Shown one piece after another: positions 11,991-23,624 of a DNA stretch of 36,995 bases. Both the position numbers and the translations under genes were made by a program. How positions within the stretch are numbered: position 1 is the stretch's first letter; every line of letters begins with the position of its first letter. The stretch is from Nemertoderma westbladi (lineage: Eukaryota; Animalia; Xenacoelomorpha): NCBI GenBank assembly GCA_032718475.1, contig JAUCBJ010001073.1:1-36995 (forward strand), in the 5' to 3' direction. The notes below the pieces were generated by a model. That model was not told the DNA's origin. It searched no databases and worked only from the letters and a program-made list of their open reading frames with translations.

Positions 11991-12148
11991 GCACATTAAC
12001 TTTCTTGGCTAATCCAGGAATTCCTGGTTTCAAACATTCGTTTCCAAACATTACTTTATTTCCTTTAGAGCGTTCAGTAGCATTGCTTTTTCTGTGATGT
12101 CACATGTCCTTTCTTTTAAATACTCACCAAAACATGCAGGGAAGTCCC

Positions 12149-13979
12149 TAGTCCTACAGTAAGTTATTAGTTTATTAATTATTTACTATTTATACTGGAA
12201 TTACGTTGTATAATGAATTGTTCTGTACATTACATCTTTATCGTTGAGTCGGGCATTGTCACGCTCTCGGTAAAGTTGTACATGTTTCGTTTCGTTTCGT
12301 TTCGTTTCGTTTCGTTTAATCCAGGCTAACGGCCCATAAAGTGACAGGAACACAATACATAATTACAATACACAGATATAAAAACAGACACCGGTAAATT
12401 ACATTAATAGATTAGCACAAAAAGTTGTATTTATTTAAATATTATTTTCACCCACTATCTCAAGGTACCCGATATACGGCAAATATTATTAACTGCACAT
12501 AGTACTACATTAGAGGTTTTCCCTACCCTCCTACTTAAACTGTTAATCGAATCATAGTGTAAGTGACTAAATAACGGCAAGTTATGTATTCCAAAATGGA
12601 GAGACATACTCGTTGCTTCCCCAACTGTTACCCTAGGTATATTAAACAGCATTCTTAAACAATTGTTGTAAGCTACACGTATTTTATTGTACACACTATT
12701 TGAAAAGTTTCTCCCAGACCACAGAGCATTACAACTAGATCGGCGTGCAAAATGCACGAAATAATAGTCGTTTTACAATAATATTGCAAGAACCGAACTT
12801 TCTTACTAATAGATTGCCCCTGGCATAAAGAGATCTAGTTTGCCTTTTTATATCAGGGTCATCGTCCGTACTGCTATGTAGCAAGTGGTCTAAATAAGTA
12901 AACTGCTCAACAACTTCAATAGGTTTATTATATAGAAACACACTAGCATATTTAGTAACACTACGCGACTTAGGTATAAAATATAAACATTTAGATTTCT
13001 TCAGATTAAAGGTGACGGAATTGTTATTTGCATACTTGTCAGCTATATCAATCCGACACTGTAAACCAAAAATAGATGTCGACAATAGACAAAGGTCATC
13101 AGCATATCCCAAATGGTTTGTTCTAGTGTCACCCATTGAGCAGCCTATATCAGAATCCGTAAATTGCTTACTCAAGTCATCCATGTACACATTGTATAAA
13201 ATTGGACTGAGCACACCACCTTGTTTGGTACCGTTAGTGACCTTAAAATTTGATGACTTATGGACAGCCCAATATATGAATAAATTCTGTTCCCTATACC
13301 AAAATACTAAGATACGCACTATATAAGGTGGAATACCCCTATCTAATAGTTTGTTAAATAGCACAAAATAATTTACACGATCGAACGCCTTAGAAGAATC
13401 CAACACGCATATTTAAACAGGTGTATTTAAGGACAAGTAGTAATTAATGATCTCTTTTAATGCGAAAACACAGGTTTCAGTCCCAAGTCCAGGTTTGAAA
13501 CCAAATTGGTTATCAGTAGTAGTTAACAAATTAATGCATCTATTTAAAATAATAATCTCTAAAACCTTACCTATTACAGATGATACTGCGATACCCCTTA
13601 ATACCCCGTAGTTATCCTTAATAGTCACATCACCCAATTTATCCTTAACAATTGGAAATAATGCGGATTCTACTATTTTACTTGGTAAATAACCATGCAC
13701 AAGTATAGCTGTAAAAAGTATAGATAAAGAAGATAACAAGTTAAAGCTACAACCAAGAACATGTACATAGTGTAATTACGTTTTATATTCGTTTTAGGTT
13801 AGCGTAGTGTAATATTATATTTGTAACCAAGTAACATAAAGGACCCCCTTGGAAATAAGCTGCAAAGCTTTAGGGGTAATCCTATATGTTATGTTGGACA
13901 ATACCTTTATACCGGTACATTGTTTGGTGTATTTGTTATTGTTTTTACATAATGTATAAATAAATCTATCTATCTATCT
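12149..13979 (+). mobile_element. Second 3'-end copy of the CR1-group LINE (12149-12285 plus 13759-13979), split by a nested LINE
   Basis: Near-identical to ~7766-8118, including the (TCTA)n tail. Confidence 0.92.
12286..13758 (-). mobile_element. 5'-truncated non-LTR retrotransposon (RTE-group-like, clade unresolved) with (GAAAC)n tail and 6-bp TSD ACATGT
   Basis: Motifs NQFGFK, LDSSKAFDRV, QGGVLSP and YADD. ACATGT occurs at 12280-12285 and 13759-13764. Confidence 0.9.
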
Positions 13980-15604
13980 CAATAATTACAATATGAATCC
14001 TGTGGGATGTAAACTACAATAATTGTACCAATGCTTCCTTTCCTGTCTTCTTCTTGTGGTTTTCAAGAATTCTGAGGTTAGCAAGACGGTTAGTTTATAT
14101 AATATTCCCGCAAAATATCCCCAGTTATAGGCTACCGGTACTACGGGGTCTTTTCCCGGTTATTCCCTGATTTCAGTTTTTCTCTGCCTTTTCAATGATT
14201 TCCCGGTTTTCATGGTCGTTCGTCACCCTGAAAGTCAGTTAGCCTGAAAATTACAATATTTCACATATTTAGACAATCAAATTTAAATCTAAATTATTTG
14301 GCTTTTTCAACAACTGTTGTATAAAAAAAAGATTATTTATAGAAACATTGAACTTCATGACATTTACAGCATCATATTTACAGATAAAATTTGATAACAT
14401 TGCAAATGGCAAAATAATATAATTAGAGGATTAACATTTCTTTTGTGGTAGATGTCAGGCACTCTGCTTCCAAGTCATCTTCAATTACATTAGTTGTTAA
14501 TGTAACTTTGTCAAGGACTGTTGTCTGAAATGCCATTTAGATGTCACTCTTATCTTAAAGTGATTGTAGTCACAACATGTGATTGTTTTATTGACAATTG
14601 GATTATTATATTGAAAATCATATACATTTCACATCGCCCATGTAGATATCTTTAAAACCATATATCTTCTTTTAACAAAACAAGTGGTGCTCTCACTCAG
14701 TATAAACAAAATTTTCCAAAATTATTCTTCTACAAAATGTGGTCGATTTAAAATAATGGTAGTATTCTAGAATATTAACTATTATTGTAAAAAATGCCAA
14801 ATTTCATTTTATGGCAAGAATATTTCATGGCAAGAATAAATTATATTGTAGAATTTACTTTGTAGAGAATATTACTAAAGCCGACAACCATTTAAAACGC
14901 GAATTAATGCTAATTATATATTGAGGGAAAGGAACAGGTTACAGTGGAAGGTTATTCGAACCAAAACAATAAACGATTGATGAATAAATGATTGATTGAC
15001 GATTGATGAATACAGGTTACAGCTCCATATTTGTCATTGTCGGCAGTGGTTGTCGGCTGTCGGCGTAGCGTTTACACCCGAATTTTATGACAGATTTGGA
15101 ATTGTAAGTCCAGTCCAATAATGCTGCTTATTAATTATTTTGCCATTGCCATGATAATCGGTGATAACACTAAGTCAGCTACTGATTGAGATTTGTAATC
15201 ATATCAAAACGAGTAGCCAAAAGATAAGTCTACCAAAATAAACAGTTCCAGGTAGGTGGTTACCAAAAAGTATCCCATAAGCCGGCTAGCCCATGGACTC
15301 CATCTACAGTAGGGTAAGTATAAATGTATTTTCATACTTCTGAAATGCAAAGATGCTAAACAATGAAAATTGGAAATAAATGAAGAAAAGCAACACCAAT
15401 ATAAAATACAATAATAGATCAATGTAAGAAATCAAAATTAAATACGATTAAATAATATTTTATATTATTTTAGTTAATGTTTAAAAAATGAGAAGATGAA
15501 GACCCATAATTTAATTTTATTAAGTTCAATTTTGTGTTTCTGTGAAAATGTTAAGGGCGGTAATTGATGGCCCCAGGTCGGCCCCATAACGGAGTCAAGG
15601 TATC

Positions 15605-15860
15605 TGACCCCTAATTGGCAGAAATTATTTAACCCTGATTGGCTGAAATATCTCTCAAATAGTCGCTAATTGAATCTCACATAGTCCTTAAAATATTCTA
15701 CTTTTCAAATATATGCAAAAATGACAAGTGGGTCAAGAGAGTATAAAGGCAGCTAAGGCGGGAAATTTGAATCGCAATTATAGTGGATAACTGTGGGAAG
15801 TAACAGTACATCAGTTAAATTGCTATTATGACTATTAGAACGCTTCCAACCAAGGTAAAC
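15605..15860 (+). promoter_or_regulatory. Candidate Pol II promoter: two reverse CCAAT boxes, TATAAA, an E2F/CDE-CHR-like motif GGCGGGAAATTTGAA and a possible donor at ~15854
   Basis: ATTGG at ~15614 and ~15638, gtataaa at 15741, GGCGGGAAATTTGAA at 15757-15771, caag|gtaaac. No downstream exon was identified. Confidence 0.3.
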
Positions 15861-16289
15861 ATTTGGTTTGTATATTTTTTTTAATTGCCACATAACAATA
15901 TACAATTAAGCCACATAAAGCAATAAGATTTCATTGTAGGGTGAGGGTGTATGAAAAACTTCATGATATTTAAATGTCGAGTTGAAACTTTCTAGACATC
16001 AATGTGCATAAAAGTTGAGATTTTTGCCAGACGTTGAGAATTAATAAGCTCAACAGAATCCAATTAAATGGTATCTAGGCCTCCCATTTCTACATTTTTA
16101 AACTATTTCAGCTGAAACTTGGCAGATAATGTATTATTATATATACTCCATTTTTAATTTAGATTTAACTGTAGAATGTATCCTGTTTACCCTTATACAA
16201 CAAATGCTATAACACAAATCAGCTTTAAGAGTGTTTCAATGCTCTTATCTAATCATTTCACATTACGACCCTCTAAGAAGATATGCTTT

Positions 16290-17350
16290 ATGAGAGGGTG
16301 GTAAGGCGCATAATGTGAAGAACTTTGTATCCAAATCGGTAGGAGTAGCGCCAGGGGGATGTCCCTCTGTCTGGGGGGTAGGGAAGGACATAGCAAATGG
16401 AAAATAAATGCAGTGGCAGGGGGAGTATGGTAGAATCACAACAAAAGGCCTTGAGGGTCGTATGGAATCAGAGAACGGACGAACTAGAGTATCAATTGAG
16501 GCAAGCGGGGATGGGGATACAAAAGAAGAGAGGCTATGTATCGTAAATAGCGAGGATGTACGTACGATCCATTGGAACTAGTGTCGCCCCTACTAATCAT
16601 GGGTAAGCAGATCTTGAATAAGGTGTATAAACTCAAAGATGATTGGGAGGCGGAGGTACCAAAAGAGATAAGTAAACAGTGGGTTAAGTGGACTGGAAGC
16701 CTGCAAGATATGTGAAAGTATAGTATTGTCTTCCCAGAGAGAGTCTTTCCAGAATGCACCTCCCAGATAGAAATGTAAGCGAGTTAAATCTAGGCCTACA
16801 CATGTTCTCTGACGCATCCCTAGAAGCATATGGTGCAGCACTTTATTTGGTACAGCAGAAAGGAATGCACAAAGCGAAGTCGACACCTTTAGCAAAGCGA
16901 GGTCAACACCACCAGATTCAGTGTCGGTACTGAAGTTAGAACTTACAGCTGCGAGGTTGGTGGTAAGAGCGACAGCATATTTAGTGGATGCTATAACAAG
17001 CATAGTTGAGATGCACTACTGGGCGGATTCCATGGTAGTACTGTACTGTATTGGGATGGATCCATAACGAGAAGACGCGCTGCCGCATATTCGTAGCGTT
17101 TAGAGTCGACGAGATAAGGGCGACTAGTAACTTGGGTAAGTGGCACTACTGTCCGATGGATGATAATCCGGCAAACACCTCGAGGGGTGTGGAACACCAC
17201 GCTTTCGCAAAGAAACAGGAGCTGTGGCAACATGGACCACACTTAGTAAACGAGAAGTTGGAGTGGCTAGTAGTCAAGAAAGTTTATCCAAAGGGAGAAG
17301 AATCGATGATTGAGGAAAAGGGGAACGAATCAGAGGGCAAATAAATATTT
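16290..17350 (+). pseudogene. BEL/Pao LTR retrotransposon pol fragment (RT C-terminus and RNase H), degenerate
   Basis: Motifs YDPL.LVSP, LHMFSDAS, AYGA, KAR..P, KLEL.AA, WADSMVVLGWI, FVAFRVDEI and WHYCP..DNPA..SRG. Confidence 0.9.
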
Positions 17351-18453
17351 AGCCAGTTAATAAGAGAGATCCATGAGAGACCATCATTACACTTCATCAA
17401 AGAGGAAGTAGAGTTAAATCCGATGAATATTTTGCTCAATTATAGCCCTAGCTGGTACACATACGACGAAGCAAATGGAGTATTTGAGGGGCTTCGGAGA
17501 GGACTCCAGGATAGTAATTCAATTCATTATTATTTATTTGCAATCATTTCTTCATTGCACTTACAGATGGAATTAATCACTAAAATATTATCAGCTTTAT
17601 AAGTACATACAGTATGAAGTGATATCGCAAGATGCCACCAATTCACATGCAAGTAGAGCGGTGGACACCCATTGAAGGTGATGTAATTCATCCACACTCT
17701 CAGAAACAATGGGGGGGGGGGGGGGGGGGGGGGTTTCTGAGGACTATTGCTGTTGAATGCCAATCCTAATAAGAGACTTCCATCAGAACATGAGAGCACC
17801 ACAGTACTTTCACTTCACACAAAGCATACACTATTAGAATTTCAAATATCCTGCCTTAACAGCCATTTTCCTCTCCTATCCCGCTTGTCGATAATGTTTT
17901 GAACATTACCCTGAAGTAGACGGTAAGGTCCCCGGTCACTTCTATACTGAGGTCAGTGGTGACACTGTATTGGGGTCAGAATATCAGTTCAATAATTATG
18001 CCCTGTGTTTGGTTGGAATTTTGAATCACAATATCTCGAGTGGTGTGACCTTGGTAGGATTATGTCAATCTTAAAAAGTTATTTTATTATAGGTGCGTCC
18101 AGAAGATGGTCCTCATGGCTATCTTTAGTATTTAAAAGGGAGAGGGGGTCTATGCACATGTCGATTTATGCAAATCGATAGGTGCAACATAGGAGTAATT
18201 CATACATACATACATGCATGCATGCATATACACATGTACAAACAAAACTGCACTTAGATAATCAATATAGATGATATATTACATATCTACATTTACCAAT
18301 GATTGTAGTAATTCTCGAGTATTCTAGATGCCTATTTTTGTTCTCGCCTACAAGTAACACATGTGAGAGGACTAAATTACTTAAAATATGTACCGGTACA
18401 ATAAATAGTACTACAGTAGGTTATTAGGTTTAGGCAAATTAAGCAGGAGTTGA

Positions 18454-18687
18454 TTACAATTCTTCTTTCATGTAAGTTTCAACAAGAGAAGAAGTTTCAA
18501 TGTAAATCAGTAGCCAATAACCGAAATTGAATGCGATCATTGTTGAAGGCAGGACAATCCTGCATCTTCTATTGAATACATTCGCTATATTTTCCTCTGA
18601 ACCTCGCTGCTGCTCCTGTGGTATTTGAAAGCTCAGGAATTTTCTAGAGACACACGATTTGATGTTCAACCAGAAGGTATTTCTTTC
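18454..18687 (-). CDS. Last coding exon (M4 helix and stop) of a Cys-loop ligand-gated ion channel subunit
   Basis: Acceptor ttttcAG at 18688-18690, phase 0. The peptide ANVFNRRCRIVLPSTMIAFNFGYWLLIY matches the ID+.SR..FP..F..FN..YW M4 pattern. Confidence 0.8.
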   Translation of the reverse strand, partial: ERNTFWLNIKSCVSRKFLSFQIPQEQQRGSEENIANVFNRRCRIVLPSTMIAFNFGYWLLIYIETSSLVETYMKEEL

Positions 18688-18882
18688 CTGAAAATTGACA
18701 TTAATGTAATTTTTAATTTCTCAACCATGGTAATTGTAGTTGACATGCAATAAATTAAGAATAAATTAAGATTTAATCCATAAATTAAATTTATTCTTTC
18801 AGATCTTGATAACTTAGAAATGCTCACTGAAGTTATACTATATAGTGGATCTATATTTTATACCATGGACAAATTGTCTAAC

Positions 18883-18991
18883 CGTTAGATCCGTAACAAC
18901 TGATGATTGACACTTTTTAGCTTTATAGGTAATCCAATCAGGTTCCTGTTTTGTATCGGCCCAAGCAATTTTCTTCGTTACATTGTCATTG
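18883..18991 (-). CDS. Probable internal exon (M3-M4 loop) of the same channel gene
   Basis: AG/GT-bounded 109-nt open frame NDNVTKKIAWADTKQEPDWITYKAKKCQSSVVTDLT. Its phase (2 to 0) exactly bridges the two flanking exons. Confidence 0.5.
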
Positions 18992-19087
18992 CTAATGGTT
19001 AATATAATAAACTAATTATTAATTTATTAATACAGAGGGGCTTGGTTTGAAACGGAATTCACATCCCTATTGTTCCATAACCTTCAC

Positions 19088-19402
19088 TTTTTTTACGATG
19101 GCCCACAGCGGCCATACGTAAAACTTAATTACATTACTTCCATTAAAGTATTTACGCGGATTTGTACCTCAACCGCGTACCTCGATTAATAGGAGACTAT
19201 TCAATTAAAGTATTTAAGCAGATTTGTACCTCAACCGCGTAAATAAATTAATAGACTGTTTCATTAAAGTATTTACGCGGATTTGCAATTGTGTAAATAA
19301 GTTAATGGCAGCCATCTGATGATATTCCATTAAATTTAATTGGTCCCAACTGTATACAATAGGGCAAGGGAGGGAAATTTAAATACAATGCATTTCTTTG
19401 TT
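19088..19402 (+). mobile_element. Short non-autonomous Helentron-like (HINE-type) element with ~2.5 internal 62-bp units
   Basis: T-run and hairpin (tacgatggcc..ggccatacgta) at the 5' end; ends ...ctttgtt. It is the reverse-complement homolog of 29216-33753. The superfamily is inferred from architecture only. Confidence 0.6.
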
Positions 19403-19854
19403 ATTATTAAACAAATACCTCACGGTTCTCGATTCTTGCAGTTTCCATTGTTATCTGTACATGGTGGACAGTAGCAATGATAAGTTTTAATTTATGTAGG
19501 TAAATTCCAATAGTAACTATCAGTCTGCAGTCAGGTATGAAAGTGTGACTGTATTAAGCCCTGTTCACATCCAATGGTATGTGAGCGGTAAAGTAGTCTG
19601 GTGGTATTGAAGCGGTAAGCCAGCGGTACACTATCCGGAGCCCGTTCACACACAACGGTACCGTTGCGGTAACTGATTGTCTATCTGTTGACTGAGAATT
19701 CAACAGGAAATTACATTAATTGTTTTAACATTGTTTCAATGGGCAGTGGTAAACCGCGCGGTTTAGCACACAACTACCTGTACTGACAGCCTGACTCAGT
19801 TACGTGTACCCATTAGGTAGATCCACATATAGTGCATATAATATAAACCTAATA

Positions 19855-20591
19855 ATACCCCCTAATAAAAAGTTTCATAAGATTTGCCATACACCAAGGA
19901 GTAAATATAGTTATTTCCTAGAGTTATTTCCTTTCCTCTATCCCATAGAATTGAGTTTGTTTTCTTACTCTGGAAGGATATTGTTGTGGTTTGGATGGGG
20001 TGAGTTTATTTTTCTTTTCCTCTTCTCCAGACCTCTCAACTCCTTTGCCATCACTTGTAACATCTAGGTGACTGGATACTTCTTTGGTGTGTATAGTCTA
20101 GAACTGATCTAGTTATTTTTATTGGAGATTCAACATGAGGTGTTATTTAGGGATCGAATTTCTTTTTATCCTCACCATGACCCTCAACAACAGAATGTCC
20201 TTACGCAATGCATTCCTCAGATACATTTGAAGGTTTCGCAACTTCATCATAGAGTTCCGCATCAGCCACACTATTTTTGTTTCCAATAAATGGACTGTAT
20301 CGCCTTCATACTCGATCTAAGTGTCTTTTTACACATATACCACAAACTTCCATGGACATGACTCTGTTTCCATAGAAACCAAACTATCTTCCCTGGCAAC
20401 GATCTCTCAATTTTGCCTGTCTTCATTGAAAAGTTACGGAGCCATACAGCATCTGCAATGTGATACTTGGTGTTCTCAAGATCCTTTGGATAACAAGGAT
20501 ACTCCAAAAATCTCTCCTATTTGTCTTAACTTTAAATCCAAATACTATTTGTGATGGTGTCTTTCCATTTGCTTTGACTGTATTGTGATCT
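19855..20591 (-). pseudogene. Ty3/gypsy integrase C-terminal remnant and 3' region
   Basis: HNTVKANGKTPSQIVFGFKVKT and YHIADAVWLRNF..LPGKIV; continues from 23625. A purine run at ~19856-19864 may be the PPT. Confidence 0.7.
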
Positions 20592-20595
20592 TTAA

Positions 20596-23500
20596 GGGGA
20601 GAGGGACATAGCTCAATGTACCCATTAGTTTACTTTCAATCGCATATGTACCTTTTGTAGGAAAACTACTTGCTGAAATCCTTTAAAAATTTACATGCTA
20701 GCAGAAAGTGGTATATTACACACCCTGTACCAAAAAAAAATTCAAAAAATTTATATGCGGTCCCGAAATCACGATTTTTCGGGTGGAAATTTCACAATTT
20801 TATTTTTTTCTCGAAAAATTCGCATTAAAACTTAATAACTCTGTCCAGGGTAGATTTTTCGAATTAATTCTGCTAGGACGTCTACAGTGATACTTTATGG
20901 AGATTCACTGAAAATTTCAGCCAAATCGGTTTGGTAGTTTTCGAAAAAAAGGAACATTTGTGCCAAAATTTGCAAAAAATATGATTTCTAATAAAATGCA
21001 TATAAAGTAAGCAGTACATAATTATAATGGTAGATAATTAATATAACTACAATAAAATCCGGGAATGCACTGTTGTTTATATAGTTTCTGAATATATTTT
21101 AGTGGTGTATTTTTAAGTTGATAAAAAACATTATATTTCAATTTATTATATTACAATATTACAGTAGAATAGACCAAACAAAAATTTAACCAGAAAATTT
21201 TTTCAAAAATTTTAGACTGAAAAATTTAACCAAAAATTTTTTTTTCCTAAAATGCGCCTGGCATATATCCCGACTCCTGTTCACGTTCCACGGATTCTTC
21301 CTCAGTTCTCTTCCGCTTCTGTCGCGATTTTGCCCTTGCGTTACCATCGAGAATATGTTGCCTGTGTTCCGCCTTTGCAATTCTAGAATTATCCAGCTTT
21401 GCGAGACCTTCTACTGTGTGATAGCCTGGATTGATCCCCAGTTCTCTAAGGACTTCGAGGCGAGATTTATTCCCGTCATTGTAGCACATCACAGCATCAT
21501 ACATTCCAATTTCCAATGTGCTACGTCCAAGGAATACTCGTTTGGGGCATCGCGACCAGATCGAATTATTTAGTGACTCATTCACGTTCTGAGTCTTCCC
21601 ATGAAGACATTTCTTCAGCAGCTCAGGATCGCTGAGAGCTTTGAATGTCGGTTTTACTACATCCATGATGGCTTCAGGGATAGAGTTCATATGTACATGC
21701 TGCAGTGGCGCATTTTCCGCAGCTGCCTTGTTGAACTTGCACCACGAGGAAGGACCTGGAGGGCACATCCCATGATATGGGTGGGCATCAGTAGATGCGT
21801 AATGGAAATAAATGGCCCAGACAGCTCTGCGGAGGTTCTCAACAGAATCATTGTTTTTACGAATAGCGGATCCGTAGTACCCTTGTAGTTTGTCAATTCT
21901 TTCATCAGTCAAACGATTCCGACCAGATATTTTTTTTCCATCGCTTAGATTGACATTTTTGTGTTTCTTCTTCAATTCGCGTAAGCGATGCCCCATCCGT
22001 TTCTGAATGTGACCGACACATTCCAGTTTTTCGATAGGTACATCCCCGTATGGTTTACTTTTTACCACTGCTGGATGAGAACTTGAATCTCCATCTCCAA
22101 GATATTTCAGGTATCGAACACCACACCTAGTCACACTCCTGCCGAACATTAGTATTGCCCCAGCAGCCTCCATGTTGCCACTTGAACCAATGTAGTTTTG
22201 GGCGCAGCTGGACTTGTGCGTTTCAATTGCCTTGTTATTATCAGCTGTTGTCTTCCTGTTTCTAGTACATTTACCTACCATGGAACAACTATGGCAGTGC
22301 TTGCTCATACAATGGATATCCAAAACCTTGCCAGTATCTATGGATAACACCGAAACTACACCATTTTTTGATTGAAACCCACGTTTTTGCCATGTCCCAT
22401 CAACGCAAACACCGATATCAGTTTTCATGTCATCTGCGTTTTCATCAACAGCTTCCTCTGTTGCTTTGCACATAGAGGATTCCGCGACCTCTTTTATTGC
22501 TGGAGCAATGTCGGCATACACTCGCAGGAACTTTTGAGGTGGTTGTGGAAGTCCCATAATGCTGCTGAACGTTTTCGCAGCTTCTAATCCGATCCCAATG
22601 CACCGAAACGCATAAACCAGCCTGACATTGGTTTCATAATGGGCATGATTGTTCAAATTCACTTTCTTTGAGGTATCGAAATGGTTCTTATCACCACATT
22701 CCTCGCAGGAAATGATCAGTCTGGAATTTAAACCCGTAGGCCTAGTGACTGGATTAGATATTACCCCTATATTCGCTGAGTTGCAGAATCTACAACACAA
22801 ATTATTTCGTAACTCAGAATTTAGTATATCCAAATCAACTATAACAAATCCGGGTCGTTCAGATTCCAGAGTTGTAGGGTTTCGAAATTTGCTGCATGCT
22901 AACTTCTTCTTTGATGCTGATGTCGGTACAACTAACTTCGGAGTTCTCATTGAACTATGCTGGTTGCCTCTAAACTTCCTCTTCTTACATTGTCTCTCCG
23001 ACCTAGGCATCTTGGTTCAACTTGCATATAACACGAATTATGAACTTATCAAGTGGCCTAATGCTCTATTGCGCTATACCTATCGGTACACTATAATGTA
23101 TAACTAACACCTTGTGAAAAGTATATTTTCCATGAGCCGCGTACAGCACCAGCGAGACTGAAATTCTGCACCGAATATTCTGCCGAACCAGTGCCGGCCT
23201 ACTTTGACACCGTCGTAATAGCCTACTGCTGTTGGTTGTACCGGTACTGTAGTCGGTAGACTAGTATGCAATAGTTGCCCAAAACGGTTTCAGACCCAAG
23301 TTACAAATATCCCCCCCAACCATCAGCTCCGGTAGGGGTTAGAGTTAGTTAGGGGCTAGACTCTAACCCTAAGAGGAAACTTTAGCCTAACCCTAATGGC
23401 CGGGTGAGCGAAGCTAAGTGGGCCCTGGCAGGGCCATTACGGTTTCTGTAAGGTTTCCTCTTACGCTTAGAGTCCGCTCTAGTGAATACAGGTAACTCAG

Positions 23501-23620
23501 GGGTGAAACCGATTACTACCAGCCAAAGCACGGTACCGTACTGACAATGTGCACTGGGCCGGGTACTGGTAGTAGAGCTAATAAAATGTGCTCCGGTGGC
23601 GCCAGGTTAGTACTAACCAG
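20596..23620 (-). mobile_element. Autonomous-looking Kolobok-like DNA transposon, 3025 bp, TTAA TSD
   Basis: TTAA at 20592-20595 and 23621-23624. Removing the element rejoins the gypsy integrase (CISLFL/K.HNT). It carries an intact transposase ORF. Confidence 0.8.
21247..23010 (-). CDS. Intact DDE transposase, 587 aa (Kolobok-type; often annotated as 'Mutator-like transposase')
   Basis: Basic N-terminus, CRFC..CEEC zinc finger, VDGTWQKRG, YLGDGDS, KLECVGH and TQNVNESLN (putative D, D, E). No stops or introns. Confidence 0.92.
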   Translation of the reverse strand: MPRSERQCKKRKFRGNQHSSMRTPKLVVPTSASKKKLACSKFRNPTTLESERPGFVIVDLDILNSELRNNLCCRFCNSANIGVISNPVTRPTGLNSRLIISCEECGDKNHFDTSKKVNLNNHAHYETNVRLVYAFRCIGIGLEAAKTFSSIMGLPQPPQKFLRVYADIAPAIKEVAESSMCKATEEAVDENADDMKTDIGVCVDGTWQKRGFQSKNGVVSVLSIDTGKVLDIHCMSKHCHSCSMVGKCTRNRKTTADNNKAIETHKSSCAQNYIGSSGNMEAAGAILMFGRSVTRCGVRYLKYLGDGDSSSHPAVVKSKPYGDVPIEKLECVGHIQKRMGHRLRELKKKHKNVNLSDGKKISGRNRLTDERIDKLQGYYGSAIRKNNDSVENLRRAVWAIYFHYASTDAHPYHGMCPPGPSSWCKFNKAAAENAPLQHVHMNSIPEAIMDVVKPTFKALSDPELLKKCLHGKTQNVNESLNNSIWSRCPKRVFLGRSTLEIGMYDAVMCYNDGNKSRLEVLRELGINPGYHTVEGLAKLDNSRIAKAEHRQHILDGNARAKSRQKRKRTEEESVEREQESGYMPGAF

Positions 23621-23624
23621 TTAA

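Noticed and set aside
19419-19454. Microexon of the channel gene (AG..GT; 36 nt, or 31 nt with the GTGAGG donor)
   Set aside because: It reads a stop in phase 2 after the 36383 exon. It would need a further upstream exon that I could not find, so it remains possible but unsupported.
21247-23010. Fanzor/TnpB or another RNA-guided nuclease
   Set aside because: The motifs are those of a DDE transposase; no RuvC-type motif pattern was recognised.
21355-23107. Plus-strand ORFs overlapping the transposase as a second Kolobok gene
   Set aside because: They are short antisense shadows with non-ATG starts and no recognisable motifs.
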